The translations under genes and the position numbers were made by a program. From Octopus bimaculoides (taxonomy: Eukaryota): a DNA stretch of 64,000 nt. The notes beneath the pieces are model-generated. The model ran no database searches. It saw nothing but the letters and a program-made list of their open reading frames with translations, and was not told the DNA's origin. The stretch covers positions 42,222,149 to 42,286,148 of the forward strand of contig NC_068992.1 of the NCBI RefSeq assembly GCF_001194135.2, in the 5' to 3' direction. Shown here in pieces: positions 36,101 through 49,564 of this stretch (position 1 is its first letter; each line of letters starts with the position of its first letter).

Positions 36101-36822
36101 TCAGGAATATGGAGTTCAAAGTGTGTGGGTGTGCTTAAAGTAGTCTGAACAATATTCCATCACCCACTTCCGTTTTAGTCTCTACCATGTATTTGGCAGG
36201 AAACGCATGTCTGAAAGGAATCTAATTCCATTGCTCTTCACATATTAAGGTGAAAGAGGTCAGAAGGCTGGAGAAGACTGAATGAAAAGTGGTAAAAAAA
36301 AAACCTACAAATTAGCTGTTAATGAATCTCTATGGTTTCGTAGTGCTTTCTGGACAGATAAATGGAGTTTGACAGGTACAATTTACTTAGTTTATCTTTT
36401 AGAAACTACTGTGAAAAACCATTGCAGGCAATTTAAAAAGTGGTCAGATTCAATAGTTTTGATTATCTAAATGGTAGATTATCTATTTTACATTTATATT
36501 TGAAATCTTTGGCGTTGTCCCAAAAGACTAAAAGGTGGATTGTGGCAGAATTTGTTGTGAATCAAAGTATATTTGATATATTTCAATACTTTTTTCATAT
36601 TTTATATCGCTTTACGTTCAAAACTTGTCCGAAAATATTTTGCTTTCCATTTATCAGATTTTAGTGAAATAAATACCAGGTAAGTTGTAGAGTTAATGTA
36701 ATTGTTTAAGATCTTCCTCTTTATATATGTTACGTTAACATTCACTATTCTACACTGTTTCAAACCAGAACAGCATATTGCAAATTGCAGCAAAACAGAG
36801 TAATCTGCAAAACATGTACTCC

Positions 36823-36882
<60 letters not shown>

Positions 36883-37104
36883 GTCTTTCTTTCTCTCCAC
36901 CCCCGGAAACATCCTCGTTGATACCGTGGAAAGAAGTTAGATCTTTCTCAGTTCAAAGATTTAAATTGTATGCAAAGTTGTGAGTACATTATTTGGGAAA
37001 GAAAACAGAAAATGAACACAACAATCGATATATTTTTTAAGATTATAAACGTGTCGTGTGAATATCAACGGATATTATTTATATCAAAGGCGTTGCTCCA
37101 ACAA

Positions 37105-37295
37105 GATCTCTGCAAAGCTTGCACAATCTTTAGCACACCAGGCTTTTAACGCTTAGCAGTATTTCGCTCGTCTTTATGCTTTGAGTTCAGTTCCGCCCGA
37201 GGTCAACGTTCCCTTTTTCATCCTTTCGGGGTCGATAAAATATGTACCAGTCTAGCACTGGGTCCGATTTAATCCCCGAAATTGCTGGCCTTCAG
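37105..37295 (+). mobile_element. SINE family C, decayed
   Basis: gcttagcagtatttcg...gagttcagttccgcccgaggtcaac...catcctttcggggtcgataaaatatgtaccag. Confidence 0.8.
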
Positions 37296-37729
37296 CCTCC
37301 TCAATAAGAATGGTATGATTTGTTATAAAAATATTATTGGAGCAATAAGATGTTTAATCTTTTCGCTTTTCATGTTTATTAATTTTTTCATTTTTGTTTT
37401 GTTTTATGGAGGGTTAAACAATTTTTTTTTAATTGGGGGAGATAACCGAATTCTTTTAATGGGGGTTAGATAACCAAAATGTAGCAAATTTTGCATTCTA
37501 TATACAAAGTGCAAATATGCACTACCGAAATAATTGAATTTGAATCCTGTTTACGAGGGAGTAAAGCTTGTATGTGGTTAGTAGAAATGCTTGAAATGAC
37601 GGTCAAATCTCTCTCAAAAATGCTAGTTTCGTCTTTAAACTATTCCTTACTGCATAAAGGAATTTGAAAAAAAAATTGATTGGCACAGGATGGAACCACT
37701 ACCGCTCTTGAATAGAGTTAACCTAGTGC

Positions 37730-37742
37730 AAAACAACAACAA

Positions 37743-37819
<77 letters not shown>

Positions 37820-37820
37820 A
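37730..37820. repeat. (AAC)(AGC)(AGT)n array
   Basis: Direct reading. Confidence 0.95.
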
Positions 37821-38094
37821 AAACAAAGACAATGACAGCAAGAACACCAAGGCACTCCTGCTGTGGACGGGTGGCTTTGACGCTCGAAGTCAAATCAATT
37901 TAATTGTCAAGATAAAGAAATTCGTGACAAGTCTACCCAGGTAAACAATAGGAAATGTTACAGAAATGACAACCAATTCCGATATCGACTTAAAACAGAA
38001 ACAGCTGCAGATACCAATACTATTATTGACAGAGAGAAAGAGGAAGAAGAGGAGGAAAACTTGACTAAAGCAATATGTATAACTTGAATGCAAA

Positions 38095-38419
38095 AGCGAT
38101 AAAGCCACTACTACCACCGCAGCCACCATGATTACCACATCGGCACTGTCATCATCATCATCAGCAGCAGCATTATCATGACCATCATTATCACCACGAT
38201 TAGCGCTATCTATCTTCACACCATCGCCATCATCCCTGTCGTCATCATAACCACTACCACAACCACTTCCATGATGATGATGATCTTCATCATCATCATC
38301 GTCATCATCATTCTCATCATCATCAATACAACTACAACCAGAAATGTCATCATCATCATCCTCACCACCATCGCCAACATAATCATCAACAGCAGCATTA
38401 TCATCACCATCAACACACC

Positions 38420-38450
<31 letters not shown>

Positions 38451-38815
38451 GTCGTCGTCGCCGTCAGCAAAACCGTGCCACAGTTTTAAACCCTGACTAC
38501 CAGCTATGCCGTTATCATCATTAGATCAATTAGCAATAAAACGCCTCATGATTCTTTTGAAATCAATTACGACGAGAAACCAGAAGGAAGAAAAAAAAAA
38601 GCATCATCACCATCATCTTCAACAGAAGCAGCAGCACGACTGACATCACTAACAACAACTACAACAGTACCACTTTACACCACCAACACCAATACCTGTA
38701 CTGGCATCAGCAACACCACCGTCGCTGCCACTATCATCATCATTATCATCCCATCAGCACCAACATCGCCACGCTACAACCACCACCACTACCACCACCA
38801 CCACCACTACATCTT
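38095..38815. repeat. Long degenerate (ATC/ACC/AGC)n trinucleotide region
   Basis: Direct reading; source of the poly-I/T/M ORFs. Confidence 0.9.
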
Positions 38816-39511
38816 AGTGTCACCAGGAGCAACAGCGGTATAATCCCTGTTTGACATAATCAGCTCCATAAATTCTCGTGCTTTCCGTTGATGTTTAATC
38901 CTAGATCAAGGCAAATAAAATCGATGCATTACAAAAGGCATTCCAGTCGTGGCCATCTTATATGCCAGGGTGATTTAGGACAAAAATATTCAATACCTCC
39001 TACAGCCTGTTTTCTTTTTTCTGTTTTCTTAATATTGTGACAGTAGTTTAAGATTTGAGGGATAATTCGCGGCTGTTTCTAACAAATCACTGAAATATCT
39101 AGAAGCGCTCTCGTTCCTTAGGTTCGGATCACATTGGTGGTAGAAGTTGTGTGATGATGATGATGTGATGATGATGATGGTGACGACGACGACGATAATG
39201 ATGGTGGTGGTAGTGGTGATGGTGAAATTGCCACCTCGTAGACTTATTCCAGTATTAATTGAAGGGTCCTGATCGATTTTTCTAGCAAGTCTAGCGACTT
39301 ATACTGATTCCATCGTAGATTCCTGACCACCATGAAGACCCATTGTTTTCGGAGTCAAAGACAGTTTTTGACAACTCACATCTTACAAATGGAAACAGTA
39401 CAACAGCAGAAACAACTATTGATATGTATATCTGTCTATCTATCTATCTGTCTATTTGTCTGTCTGTCTGTCTATTCTTTCTATCTTTCTATCTATCTAT
39501 CTGTCTATCTG

Positions 39512-39571
<60 letters not shown>

Positions 39572-39589
39572 GAAAATCTGCATATATAC

Positions 39590-40590
39590 AGAGATATCTT
39601 TTTATTATAGCCACACAGGGCTAAATACAGAAAATGGACAAATTACAAAGTAGAGCTTTGGGGGGGGGGANNNNNNNNNNNNNNNNNNNNNNNNNNNNNN
39701 NNNNNNNNNNNNNNNNNNNNNNNNNNNNNNNNNNNNNNNNNNNNNNNNNNNNNNNNNNNNNNNNNNNNNNNNNNNNNNNNNNNNNNNNNNNNNNNNNNNN
39801 NNNNNNNNNNNNNNNNNNNNNNNNNNNNNNNNNNNNNNNNNNNNNNNNNNNNNNNNNNNNNNNNNNNNNNNNNNNNNNNNNNNNNNNNNNNNNNNNNNNN
39901 NNNNNNNNNNNNNNNNNNNNNNNNNNNNNNNNNNNNNNNNNNNNNNNNNNNNNNNNNNNNNNNNNNNNNNNNNNNNNNNNNNNNNNNNNNNNNNNNNNNN
40001 NNNNNNNNNNNNNNNNNNNNNNNNNNNNNNNNNNNNNNNNNNNNNNNNNNNNNNNNNNNNNNNNNNNNNNNNNNNNNNNNNNNNNNNNNNNNNNNNNNNN
40101 NNNNNNNNNNNNNNNNNNNNNNNNNNNNNNNNNNNNNNNNNNNNNNNNNNNNNNNNNNNNNNNNNNNNNNNNNNNNNNNNNNNNNNNNNNNNNNNNNNNN
40201 NNNNNNNNNNNNNNNNNNNNNNNNNNNNNNNNNNNNNNNNNNNNNNNNNNNNNNNNNNNNNNNNNNNNNNNNNNNNNNNNNNNNNNNNNNNNNNNNGGCT
40301 CGTCCCACACGCGACAACAGCCGTTCGACGAAAGTCCACAGCTCTGAAATATCTGGACACTGCACGAGTACGTGCAGAACGGTTTCGTCGCTCTGACCGC
40401 ATCTCGGGCAGGTCGGTCCGGTGGTTTTCGAACCGTGTCTGTAGATCTTCTCTCGAACTGGTAGTGCGTCTCGATAGCATTGCCAAGCCAGGGATCTCTG
40501 GAAATTATCCATAGGCCCCGGCCCGAACGTCGTCTTGAAAAGGCGGGTTAAGAATTTCTCGTCGACACCCAGGTTTGCCCCGAGAGTGCA
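39590..40590 (-). mobile_element. 5'-truncated Tx1/L1-like LINE (zf-RVT region to 3' end), with an internal gap
   Basis: LGANLGVDEKFLTRLFKTTFGPGPMDNFQRSLAWQCYRDALPVREKIYRHG...TCPRCGQSDETVLHVLVQCP (C-x2-C...H...C knuckle); 3' end ccctgtgtggctataataaaaag. Confidence 0.85.
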
Positions 40591-40599
40591 TATATACAG

Positions 40600-40645
<46 letters not shown>

Positions 40646-41708
40646 GTGATGTTGGTAATGATGGCACATATATGAGAGAGGGAGAGGGAGGGAGAGAGAA
40701 ACGTTGATTGAAGTCACCAGCCTGAGGGAGCAAGAGATATTTAGAGAGACAGAGACGAGTAGAAACAGATCCAGGTTTACATAGAAAGAGATGCAGAAAA
40801 AAAGCGGGATAAAAAGTGGGGAGAAAGAGGGACGTGTGTAAAATCAATGAGAAATACAGAGAAAGATTAGGGAAAACTATTGGGCACAGAAAGACAGAGG
40901 GGCAAGTATAGAGGGAGAGAGATAATGTGTGTGTCAAAGAATGGAATTTAGCAGTAGGGAACAAATGAGAGAGAAAAAACATGTCGGAAGAGAACGCGAG
41001 AGAGAGCTAAAACGATATTGGTTTTACATGTTGGCAACCCCCCCCCCCCNNNNNNNNNNNNNNNNNNNNNNNNNNNNNNNNNNNNNNNNNNNNNNNNNNN
41101 NNNNNNNNNNNNNNNNNNNNNNNNNNNNNNNNNNNNNNNNNNNNNNNNNNNNNNNNNNNNNNNNNNNNNNNNNNNNNNNNNNNNNNNNNNNNNNNNNNNN
41201 NNNNNNNNNNNNNNNNNNNNNNNNNNNNNNNNNNNNNNNNNNNNNNNNNNNNNNNNNNNNNNNNNNNNNNNNNNNNNNNNNNNNNNNNNNNNNNNNNNNN
41301 NNNNNNNNNNNNNNNNNNNNNNNNNNNNNNNNNNNNNNNNNNNNNNNNNNNNNNNNNNNNNNNNNNNNNNNNNNNNNNNNNNNNNNNNNNNNNNNNNNNN
41401 NNNNNNNNNNNNNNNNNNNNNNNNNNNNNNNNNNNNNNNNNNNNNNNNNNNNNNNNNNNNNNNNNNNNNNNNNNNNNNNNNNNNNNNNNNNNNNNNNNNN
41501 NNNNNNNNNNNNNNNNNNNNNNNNNNNNNNNNNNNNNNNNNNNNNNNNNNNNNNNNNNNNNNNNNNNNNNNNNNNNNNNNNNNNNNNNNNNNNNNNNNNN
41601 NNNNNNNNNNNNNNNNNNNNNNNNNNNNNNNNNNNNNNNNNNNNNNNNNNNNNNNNNNNNNNNNNNNNNNNNNNNNNNNNNNNNNNNNNNNNNNNNNNNN
41701 NNNNNNNN

Positions 41709-41798
41709 CTGGGGTCTATTTGCTCAACTAAAGGCGGTGCTCCAGCATGGCCGCAGTCAAGAGACTGAAACAAGTAAAAGAATAAAAGAGTGAAAGAG
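41709..41798 (+). mobile_element. SINE family A 3' end
   Basis: ggggtctatttgctcaactaaaggcggtgctccagcatggccgcagtc...gaaacaagtaaaagaataaaagag. Confidence 0.9.
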
Positions 41799-41880
41799 TA
41801 CACCTAGTCATAGTATAACTGGATAACTATCTCTCTGCCTGTACATACGCACCTCTCTCGCGTTCCACGTCTCTCTTTCA

Positions 41881-41896
41881 TAATAATAATAATAAT

Positions 41897-41951
<55 letters not shown>

Positions 41952-42122
41952 TCGAAAAATACCTTAGGAATGGGAACCCAGGTTCGAAATTTCCCCAAGA
42001 CACCTGATGAAGGCTGGAGGGTATATCAGCCGAAACGTTGTGTTAACAACATACAAGATGAGGACAAATATCCGTGAAATGTAAATAATGTAAATAATTC
42101 CTCGTATCTTAAATATAGAACT
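41881..42122 (+). mobile_element. (AAT)n plus Penelope-like H1 terminal repeat
   Basis: Same architecture as 1-246; extends to cctcgtatcttaaatatagaactg, which matches the antisense arm at 35472. Confidence 0.8.
41999..42044 (+). ncRNA. Hammerhead motif H1 copy 3 (best preserved)
   Basis: gacac-CTGATGA-a-GGCTG(gagggtatat)CAGCC-GAAA-CGT-T-gtgtt. Confidence 0.75.
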
Positions 42123-42581
42123 GAACCATCTTAGGATCATGAATGCAACATCCTAACCACTAAGCCACTCACCTCCTCTTTCCATAACACAATGATATGA
42201 GTGCATTGGATTGTGAAAGGCCATTCTACGGATTGGGCAACCTTCATAAACTAGGTCTTAAGTTTAAAGGAAAAAATAACGGTAAATCTATAATATTCAT
42301 ATTTTTCTGTAGCTTGCAATATGAAGTAAGAATGTCGCTAGGAATTGAAATTAAGAACGCGGACTAATTTCACCTAATATGAGAACCTCTATAGTGAAGG
42401 TACTGGCCGCCTTGAGCACTCGGTGACGGGCATCCTTAGGAGAAGGTTGCGAGTCAAAACGATCAAGAGATGGACGCACTTCCGCAATGTAGACAGTGCT
42501 CGAAGACGCAGACGTCAGACATATTAGAAATAGTCACCGGATGTTCCTCGAATCACTGTATCATCTTTCCTGCTCTCTCTT

Positions 42582-42665
<84 letters not shown>

Positions 42666-42911
42666 AAAACGTTAGATAATATACAGTGATATATGTTGTG
42701 AGATATAAAATAAAGAGGATGGTCATAGTTGGAATGTCTTTCCTTATAGACCTACTCGATCAGTGCTGACTTGGGACTAAAGAAAACATTTAACGGCGCC
42801 TGGAACAACGTTTTAATGACTGACTACAACAACAACAGCAGAACAAAAGTAACAAAGATCAGTAGCAATTATAGCAACAACAATAACAACTACACATAGA
42901 GCAAAATAATA

Positions 42912-42957
<46 letters not shown>

Positions 42958-44007
42958 TGATAATAATAATATTTTGGATACACGCCAGTTCAAAACCTAA
43001 TATCCATCACAGAAACGTTGCTATATGTGTAACTTCTAAAACCTGACCTGGTTACGATTTTTGCATATTCATTTTATTATTTTTACAAACATTTTGGTTT
43101 TCTGTATTAAATTTTTTGTAATGTTTTTGTATTGTTTTTCCATTATATTTTTTTTATATTTCTTGTTTATTTTTTTCGTTTACATCCATTTTCCATTTTT
43201 TTTTTTTTGGTTTGTTTTGTTTTATATTTCCTCTTTGTGGAATGTCTATCGTTTTAACAAAAGACAGACACTGGAAGATAAAACAAAAGATTTTTTTTCC
43301 ACGCCACTTCTTACCGCTTTCTATTTGTTGATAGGATTCACAATCAAGGCTGCTGGAATTCGTTCCTCTCACATATTCAAATCAAATCTACTTTGCGTAA
43401 CGATAACACATTTAGAACCACAAAACTACAAGTTGGACATAACAACAATTGAGTCTTAATCTACAAATATATTGGGATATTTTCCCAACTATTGGAGAAA
43501 ATTATTATGTTTATCTATCTGCAGCTAAATGGATTAATTTCTTGTGTTTGTGCCTCGCTCTTTCTATATAAATGCGTATGATTGTGTGTGGTGAGAAAAC
43601 GGGTGTAAACGTTTGTCTAGTCTCCCCGCTGCAAAATATAGCAACATGGCGTAATTTCTTTGTAACTTCCTGTTTCACCATTGATTCTTAAACATAGTGT
43701 TTAGAATATAAAGGCGGTGGGGAGAAAGAGAAGTCTGGAGTAATGTCTGACTCTTTTATCCTGTGCACTGACTTATTTAAACTTAACACTAGAACATTCT
43801 AAACGGTTTGTACTTCTTAGTTCCCGTAAAGGTTTCGTTTGTAAAACTGCATTCTTAATGCTTGCCCTGAAAGTGAACAAGGTCAGCCATATTTTACGTT
43901 TGTTGAGAAAGAACAATAAGCAATGATAACACACTAGAAACAACAAGACGAAAGGAGAGCATTTATAAAAATGATAAAATAATAATGATAATTATTATTA
44001 TTATTAT

Positions 44008-44092
44008 TTCTACTCTAGGAACAAGGACTTGAAATTCTTTTAGGGAAAGGGGCTTGTTGATTATATCGACCCCAATGCGTAACTAGTACTTG
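44008..44092 (-). mobile_element. SINE family C 3' fragment
   Basis: tttctactctaggaacaagg...atcgaccccaatgcgtaactagtactt. Confidence 0.75.
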
Positions 44093-44096
44093 TAAT

Positions 44097-44490
44097 ACTC
44101 TTTTACTTGTTTCAGTCATTTGACTGTAACCATGCTGGAGCACCGCCTTTAAGTCGAGCAAATCGACCCCAGGACTTATTCTTTTGTAAGCCTAGTACTT
44201 ATTCTATCAGTCTTTTTTGCCGAACTGCTAAGTTACGGGGACGTGAACACACCAGCATCTGTTGTCAAGCGATGTTGGGAGGACAAACATAGACATACAA
44301 ACACATATATATACACATACATATATATACGACGGGCGTCTTTCAGTTTCCGTATACCAAATCCACTCACAAGGCTTTGGTAGACCCGAGTCTATAGTAG
44401 AAGACACTTGCCCAAGGTGCCACACAGTGGGACTGAACCCGGAACCATGTGGTTGGTATGCAAGCTACTTACCACACAACCACTCCTGTG
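44097..44490 (-). mobile_element. SINE family A, full length, well conserved
   Basis: cttttacttgtttcagtcatttgactg...cttaccacacaaccactcct. Confidence 0.95.
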
Positions 44491-44527
<37 letters not shown>

Positions 44528-44528
44528 T

Positions 44529-44575
<47 letters not shown>

Positions 44576-44699
44576 CGAACTCTCCCATCGTAAGACGTAT
44601 GAGTGTTCGGCAATATCTTAAAGAAACAACAACACAGATGATTTGTTTATACGGATGAAATGTTTGTGTAGACATAGGCTTATTCCCTCCATCAGATCG

Positions 44700-44866
44700 A
44701 CATTACCTGTACAGGTGCAACGGGTGCCACATGTCAGCTAATGAAATGATCAGAGAGCAACGTGAAATGAAGTGTCTTGCTCAAGAACACAACGCAACGC
44801 CCGGTCTAGGAATCGAACCCTCGATCTCGTAAGTGCAACACCTTAGCCACAAAGCCATGCACCTTC
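44700..44866 (-). mobile_element. SINE with family B-type head and centre
   Basis: gagcaacgtgaaatgaagtgtcttgctcaagaacacaacgc...ggaatcgaaccc...cttagccacaaagccatgcacc. Confidence 0.8.
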
Positions 44867-44869
44867 TCA

Positions 44870-44914
<45 letters not shown>

Positions 44915-45384
44915 ATATATATATATTTATATATACTTAGGTACACACAAACATACATACACACGTAATTAAAAGTTGAAAATTGGAGGGAATCAGGGAC
45001 CCAAATAGTAAAGCACTAATTTCGGGTCAAAGAATCAGCAATCGTGTACATAGCAAAATTAGAATAACATATATACGTACATACGGGAGTTGGGACGGAT
45101 TAATATTCTAGTTACAAATACGATCGGAAGCGCCCGACTGAATGTGCCACGAGTCTCAAGGTTGTAGCTAGGAACAAACACTGCACCAATTGTACTGCAC
45201 TTAATAGACTTTAGAGCCACGCTAAATGCAGGTTCCGAGCAAGGTCGATGATAAGCAAATATTTACAGATGGATATTGATGCATTCACTACAGGTGTTTC
45301 AGCAATTTTTCTTTATGATGAATAGAGTTATTACATCATGCAAAAATATCTATCTATCTATCTATCTATCTATCCATCTATCTA

Positions 45385-45550
45385 TTTATATGTAATACTG
45401 GATTCGTTCAGTTTCGTTTATCAAATCAACTCACAAGGCTCTGATCGGCCCTAGGCTGTAGTAGAAGATAACTGTAAAAGGTACCACGCAATGGGGCTGG
45501 ACAATGGAACCTTATACTTAAGGAGCAAACTTCTCACCACATAGACACCC
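45385..45550 (-). mobile_element. Decayed SINE A head
   Basis: tcagtttcgtttatcaaatcaactcacaaggc...gtagtagaagata...ccacgcaatgggg. Confidence 0.65.
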
Positions 45551-46175
45551 TTCTGTCTGTATATGTAGTACAACGTAATAAAGCAGACATCGTGCGAAAC
45601 ACAAATAAATAATTTTTTTGCGGTGGAACTCACTAGACGTAAATGATTCATAGCTAAAAGCTTCAACTTAGACAGTTAGGTGTACGCATTATTCCATTAT
45701 TTTAATCCACAAAGCAGGAGAAAAGAATTGCATTGTTTAAAAGAAGAATACCTATATTTGGGCTAGAAAAGTATCTTGTAAAATATACTAGAGTCTTTTG
45801 CAAATATTGACGCAATTAAATGATTTAATATCTGTTCAGCAAATTCTCTTTATAGGAAACAGAGACTTAGGCAATTGAAAGCTATGTGAAGGAAGGAAAA
45901 ACAATAAAATATAATGAGTCTATGAAATATGCTGCAAGATCATTAGTAAGAAAATGACGTTGGATAGAGAAAGACCCGGGAGCTTATATTGTAATTTCTT
46001 TTTATTATTTATTTTGTATAACGATAGAATATGCAATAAATGGAGATGATATGTGGCAAGTGAAAGAAAAAAATTATCTCATTATTTCAAACAAGAATGA
46101 ATCGTAATTTGACTTAAAAGAATTTAAAGTGTCTTGTATTGGAAAATTTGCATTTCATCCTCCGGGGATACTATT

Positions 46176-46225
<50 letters not shown>

Positions 46226-46313
46226 NNNNNNNNNNNNNNNNNNNNNNNNNNNNNNNNNNNNNNNNNNNNNNNNNNNNNNNNNNNNNNNNNNNNNNNNNNN
46301 NNNNNNNAGAGAG

Positions 46314-46671
46314 AGGAGGTGCAATGGCTCAGTGGTTAGGGCAGCGGACTCACGGTTTCGATTCCCAACCAGGCCGTTGTGAGTGTTTATTGGGCGAAAA
46401 AACCTAAACCTTCGGCATGAAGAAATAGTGAACACTGCTGTACTCTTTCACTACAACTTTCTTCTCTCGCTCTTTCTTCCTGTTTCTGTTGTACCTGTTT
46501 TTTCAATGGGCCAGCCTTGTCACACTCTGTGTCACACTGAATCTCCCCGAGAGCTACGTTAACGGTACACGTGTCTGTGGAGTACTCAGCCACTTTTACG
46601 TTAATTTCACACGCAGGCTGTTCCGTTGATTGAATCAACTGGAATCCTCGTCGTAACCGACGGAGTGCCAC
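46314..46671 (+). mobile_element. SINE family D
   Basis: Head ggtgcaatggctcagtggttagggcagcggactc...ttcgattccc and tail gtaaccgacggagtgccac; homologous to 56901-57257. Confidence 0.92.
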
Positions 46672-47139
46672 TTTGTATATATATATGCATATATATAAAT
46701 ATATATATATATTTATATATATGAAGAGTGAACGACGTCTACAAACTTATAATATCGGGAGCCAATAAGCTAATAAGGACAGCTTTACAAATAAAATCAT
46801 ACACGCAAGCTGAGGTACAATACAGACAAACATCCTTAGTAAGTCTCGTTGTGTTAATCACAAACTACAGATTGTATTATCAAGTTATAAAAGGCACAAA
46901 TATTTACACTCCACTAGTAATAATGAGAAAAATAAACGAACAAAAAACGCAAATGTCCTTAGATTGATTATTAACAACTTAATCGTCCATGTTATTATTT
47001 CAACACGACCTTTCTAAATCTCAGTTGGAGATTAACCGACGCTGTTGTATATAGGTGTGCTTCCTTATGCATCTGTCAGATAAACATATCTTACAGGATA
47101 GACCGAGACAATTCTGTCTCTCTCTCGTTGCAGTTCTGC

Positions 47140-47520
47140 TCCATTTGCGATATGATATTCTGTGGCATGGTGAGGTGTTGTAAGATGTAGGAGAGCAGAA
47201 TATAGTAGCACAGTGTGTATGTCTGACTGTGTTATTTTGTCGTACAATCCAAGGTTAGCCCTATGGGATGAGAACCCAGAGACTTTGCTATCCGACATGT
47301 CTTTTTCCTTTCATGTTGAGCATTGGGATATGGTGTGCAGTTGTATAACTGCGTATGACATAGTGTGTTGTAAGGTGATGTAAGTTGTAGTGGTACAGTG
47401 TTGAATCGCTTGGTGTAATAATGATATGACGCAATATATTGTGGTATGAGGTATGACACCATGTGGTATGGCTGCGTATGACACGGTGTCTTGTGGCATG
47501 GCTGTACTAAGCCACATCAT
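47140..47520. repeat. Cryptic decayed 5-bp-period repeat
   Basis: tgtgg catgg tgagg tgttg taaga tgtag ... tgtgg tatga ggtat; the 5-bp period persists despite divergence. Confidence 0.6.
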
Positions 47521-47621
47521 ACTTCCATAAATCTTTCAACCATTGCTACTAATGACGACATCAGACTAATTTATTATTGTATGTTACTTTTTTTTACTCG
47601 CCTGCTACAATCAACACTCGT

Positions 47622-47622
47622 C

Positions 47623-47681
<59 letters not shown>

Positions 47682-47748
47682 GTTAATAAAAATAACGATA
47701 TTAGTGACAATAATAATAATAATAATGACAATAATAATAATAATGATA

Positions 47749-47845
<97 letters not shown>

Positions 47846-48250
47846 TAATAATAATAACAATAATGATAATAATAATCTTTTCTTTATTGGCCACAAATAA
47901 TCAGGATCAATATCATTGTCGTTGTCGTCGTCAATATATTCATTGCCACCATCATAACCGACCCCTTCTTCATCATCCGCCTCATCATCATCATCACCAC
48001 CATCATCATTATCATCATCATCATCACCACCACAAACACCAATAACATCATCATTATGATGATGATGATGATGATGATTGATGCCACCATCGCCAACACC
48101 GTCATCAACATTATTGCCATACCCTCCACTACCACCACCACTACCACCATCAACAATATTATAATTAACATTATAATTATATCTATAATCAACACCACGA
48201 AGACAGCCATCAACATCATCATAACCAGTAGCAGCAGCAGCAGTGACAGC
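47622..48250. repeat. (AAT)n array followed by degenerate (ATC/ACC)n
   Basis: Direct reading; source of the poly-N/I/H ORFs. Confidence 0.95.
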
Positions 48251-49455
48251 AGGAATGGTAGAAGAACTTAATGAATGAATTAAGTGCGAGAGATCATTAA
48301 GGAGATATTTTTCTTTCTCATTTATTATTTTTCTTTCCTGTTTGTTTTTGTTTTGTTTTTTTGTGAATACCACAAACGTTCTGATTTCATATCTTCATGT
48401 TCTGGATATATCAACTCGTTCTGTTGAAATAAACATCGGAAGTTACGTTTCTACCCATATGTCGCTTAATTTCTTTTTTTTTTTTTTTCTGTTTTAATTC
48501 GGTCCATATGGCTTCAAGATGGCAGCATTACAATTATAGAAAATAATTATTGTATTATAAAGATACATTGAAATTATTATTGGTCTCAAATTTTGGCACG
48601 TTTATTACTTTCCTGGAACAACATCATCATACGTTACCCAGATTATTTACTTGTTTACACACACACATACGCGCAAACATACACACANNNNNNNNNNNNN
48701 NNNNNNNNNNNNNNNNNNNNNNNNNNNNNNNNNNNNNNNNNNNNNNNNNNNNNNNNNNNNNNNNNNNNNNNNNNNNNNNNNNNNNNNNNNNNNNNNNNNN
48801 NNNNNNNNNNNNNNNNNNNNNNNNNNNNNNNNNNNNNNNNNNNNNNNNNNNNNNNNNNNNNNNNNNNNNNNNNNNNNNNNNNNNNNNNNNNNNNNNNNNN
48901 NNNNNNNNNNNNNNNNNNNNNNNNNNNNNNNNNNNNNNNNNNNNNNNNNNNNNNNNNNNNNNNNNNNNNNNNNNNNNNNNNNNNNNNNNNNNNNNNNNNN
49001 NNNNNNNNNNNNNATATATATAAATTCTTTTCTGTAAAACACCAAACACATTTCAGGCTTCCAAAGTTCGTTTATAATATATATATATATACAAACATGA
49101 ATATATACATATACAGATATATATACATACAAATGTGTGTATGCGTGCATGTGTGTGTGTGTGCGCGCGCACACATACCTGCAGCATACATCGAATTTCT
49201 TAGCTCTTTAATTTGGATCCATTCAACTTAAAGTTTCGTCAGGCATCTAGAATGAATGTAAGTATATATGCATTTATGTACGTATGCATGTACGTATGTA
49301 TGTATGTTTGCACACTTTATATTTCTTTTCTGTTTTTAATTATTTAAATTCCTTTCTCTAAAGCGGAAGCTGGTTTCTAACAGAGATCCAAAGGTCCATC
49401 CTTGAAATGTACATAAAAGATATAACATCTACTATACTATATATTGCACTCTCTT

Positions 49456-49506
<51 letters not shown>

Positions 49507-49564
49507 CGCGTGCATCCTCCCACACACTCACACACATTTCGGTATCATTATAACATATACAAGT

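Noticed and set aside
36658-36679. Possible 22-nt plus-strand microexon (cag|...cag|gtaagt); a similar candidate lies at ~28951-28972
   Set aside because: Splice-like motifs of this quality are expected by chance in 64 kb; no coding support.
42405-42455. Possible HDV-like ribozyme or RTE 5' UTR motif (gacgggcatccttaggagaagg)
   Set aside because: The nested P1/P2/P3 pseudoknot could not be built; the resemblance is too short.
47491-48373. Poly-I/N/H/M ORFs here and at 23816-24103, 38178-38489 and 51105-51332
   Set aside because: Translations of trinucleotide microsatellites, open in several frames on both strands; no domain or splice support.
49200-49245. Minus-strand CTGACGA with a short stem and a TGGATCCA palindrome
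   Set aside because: No stem I pairing, and A15.1-U16.1 is absent.
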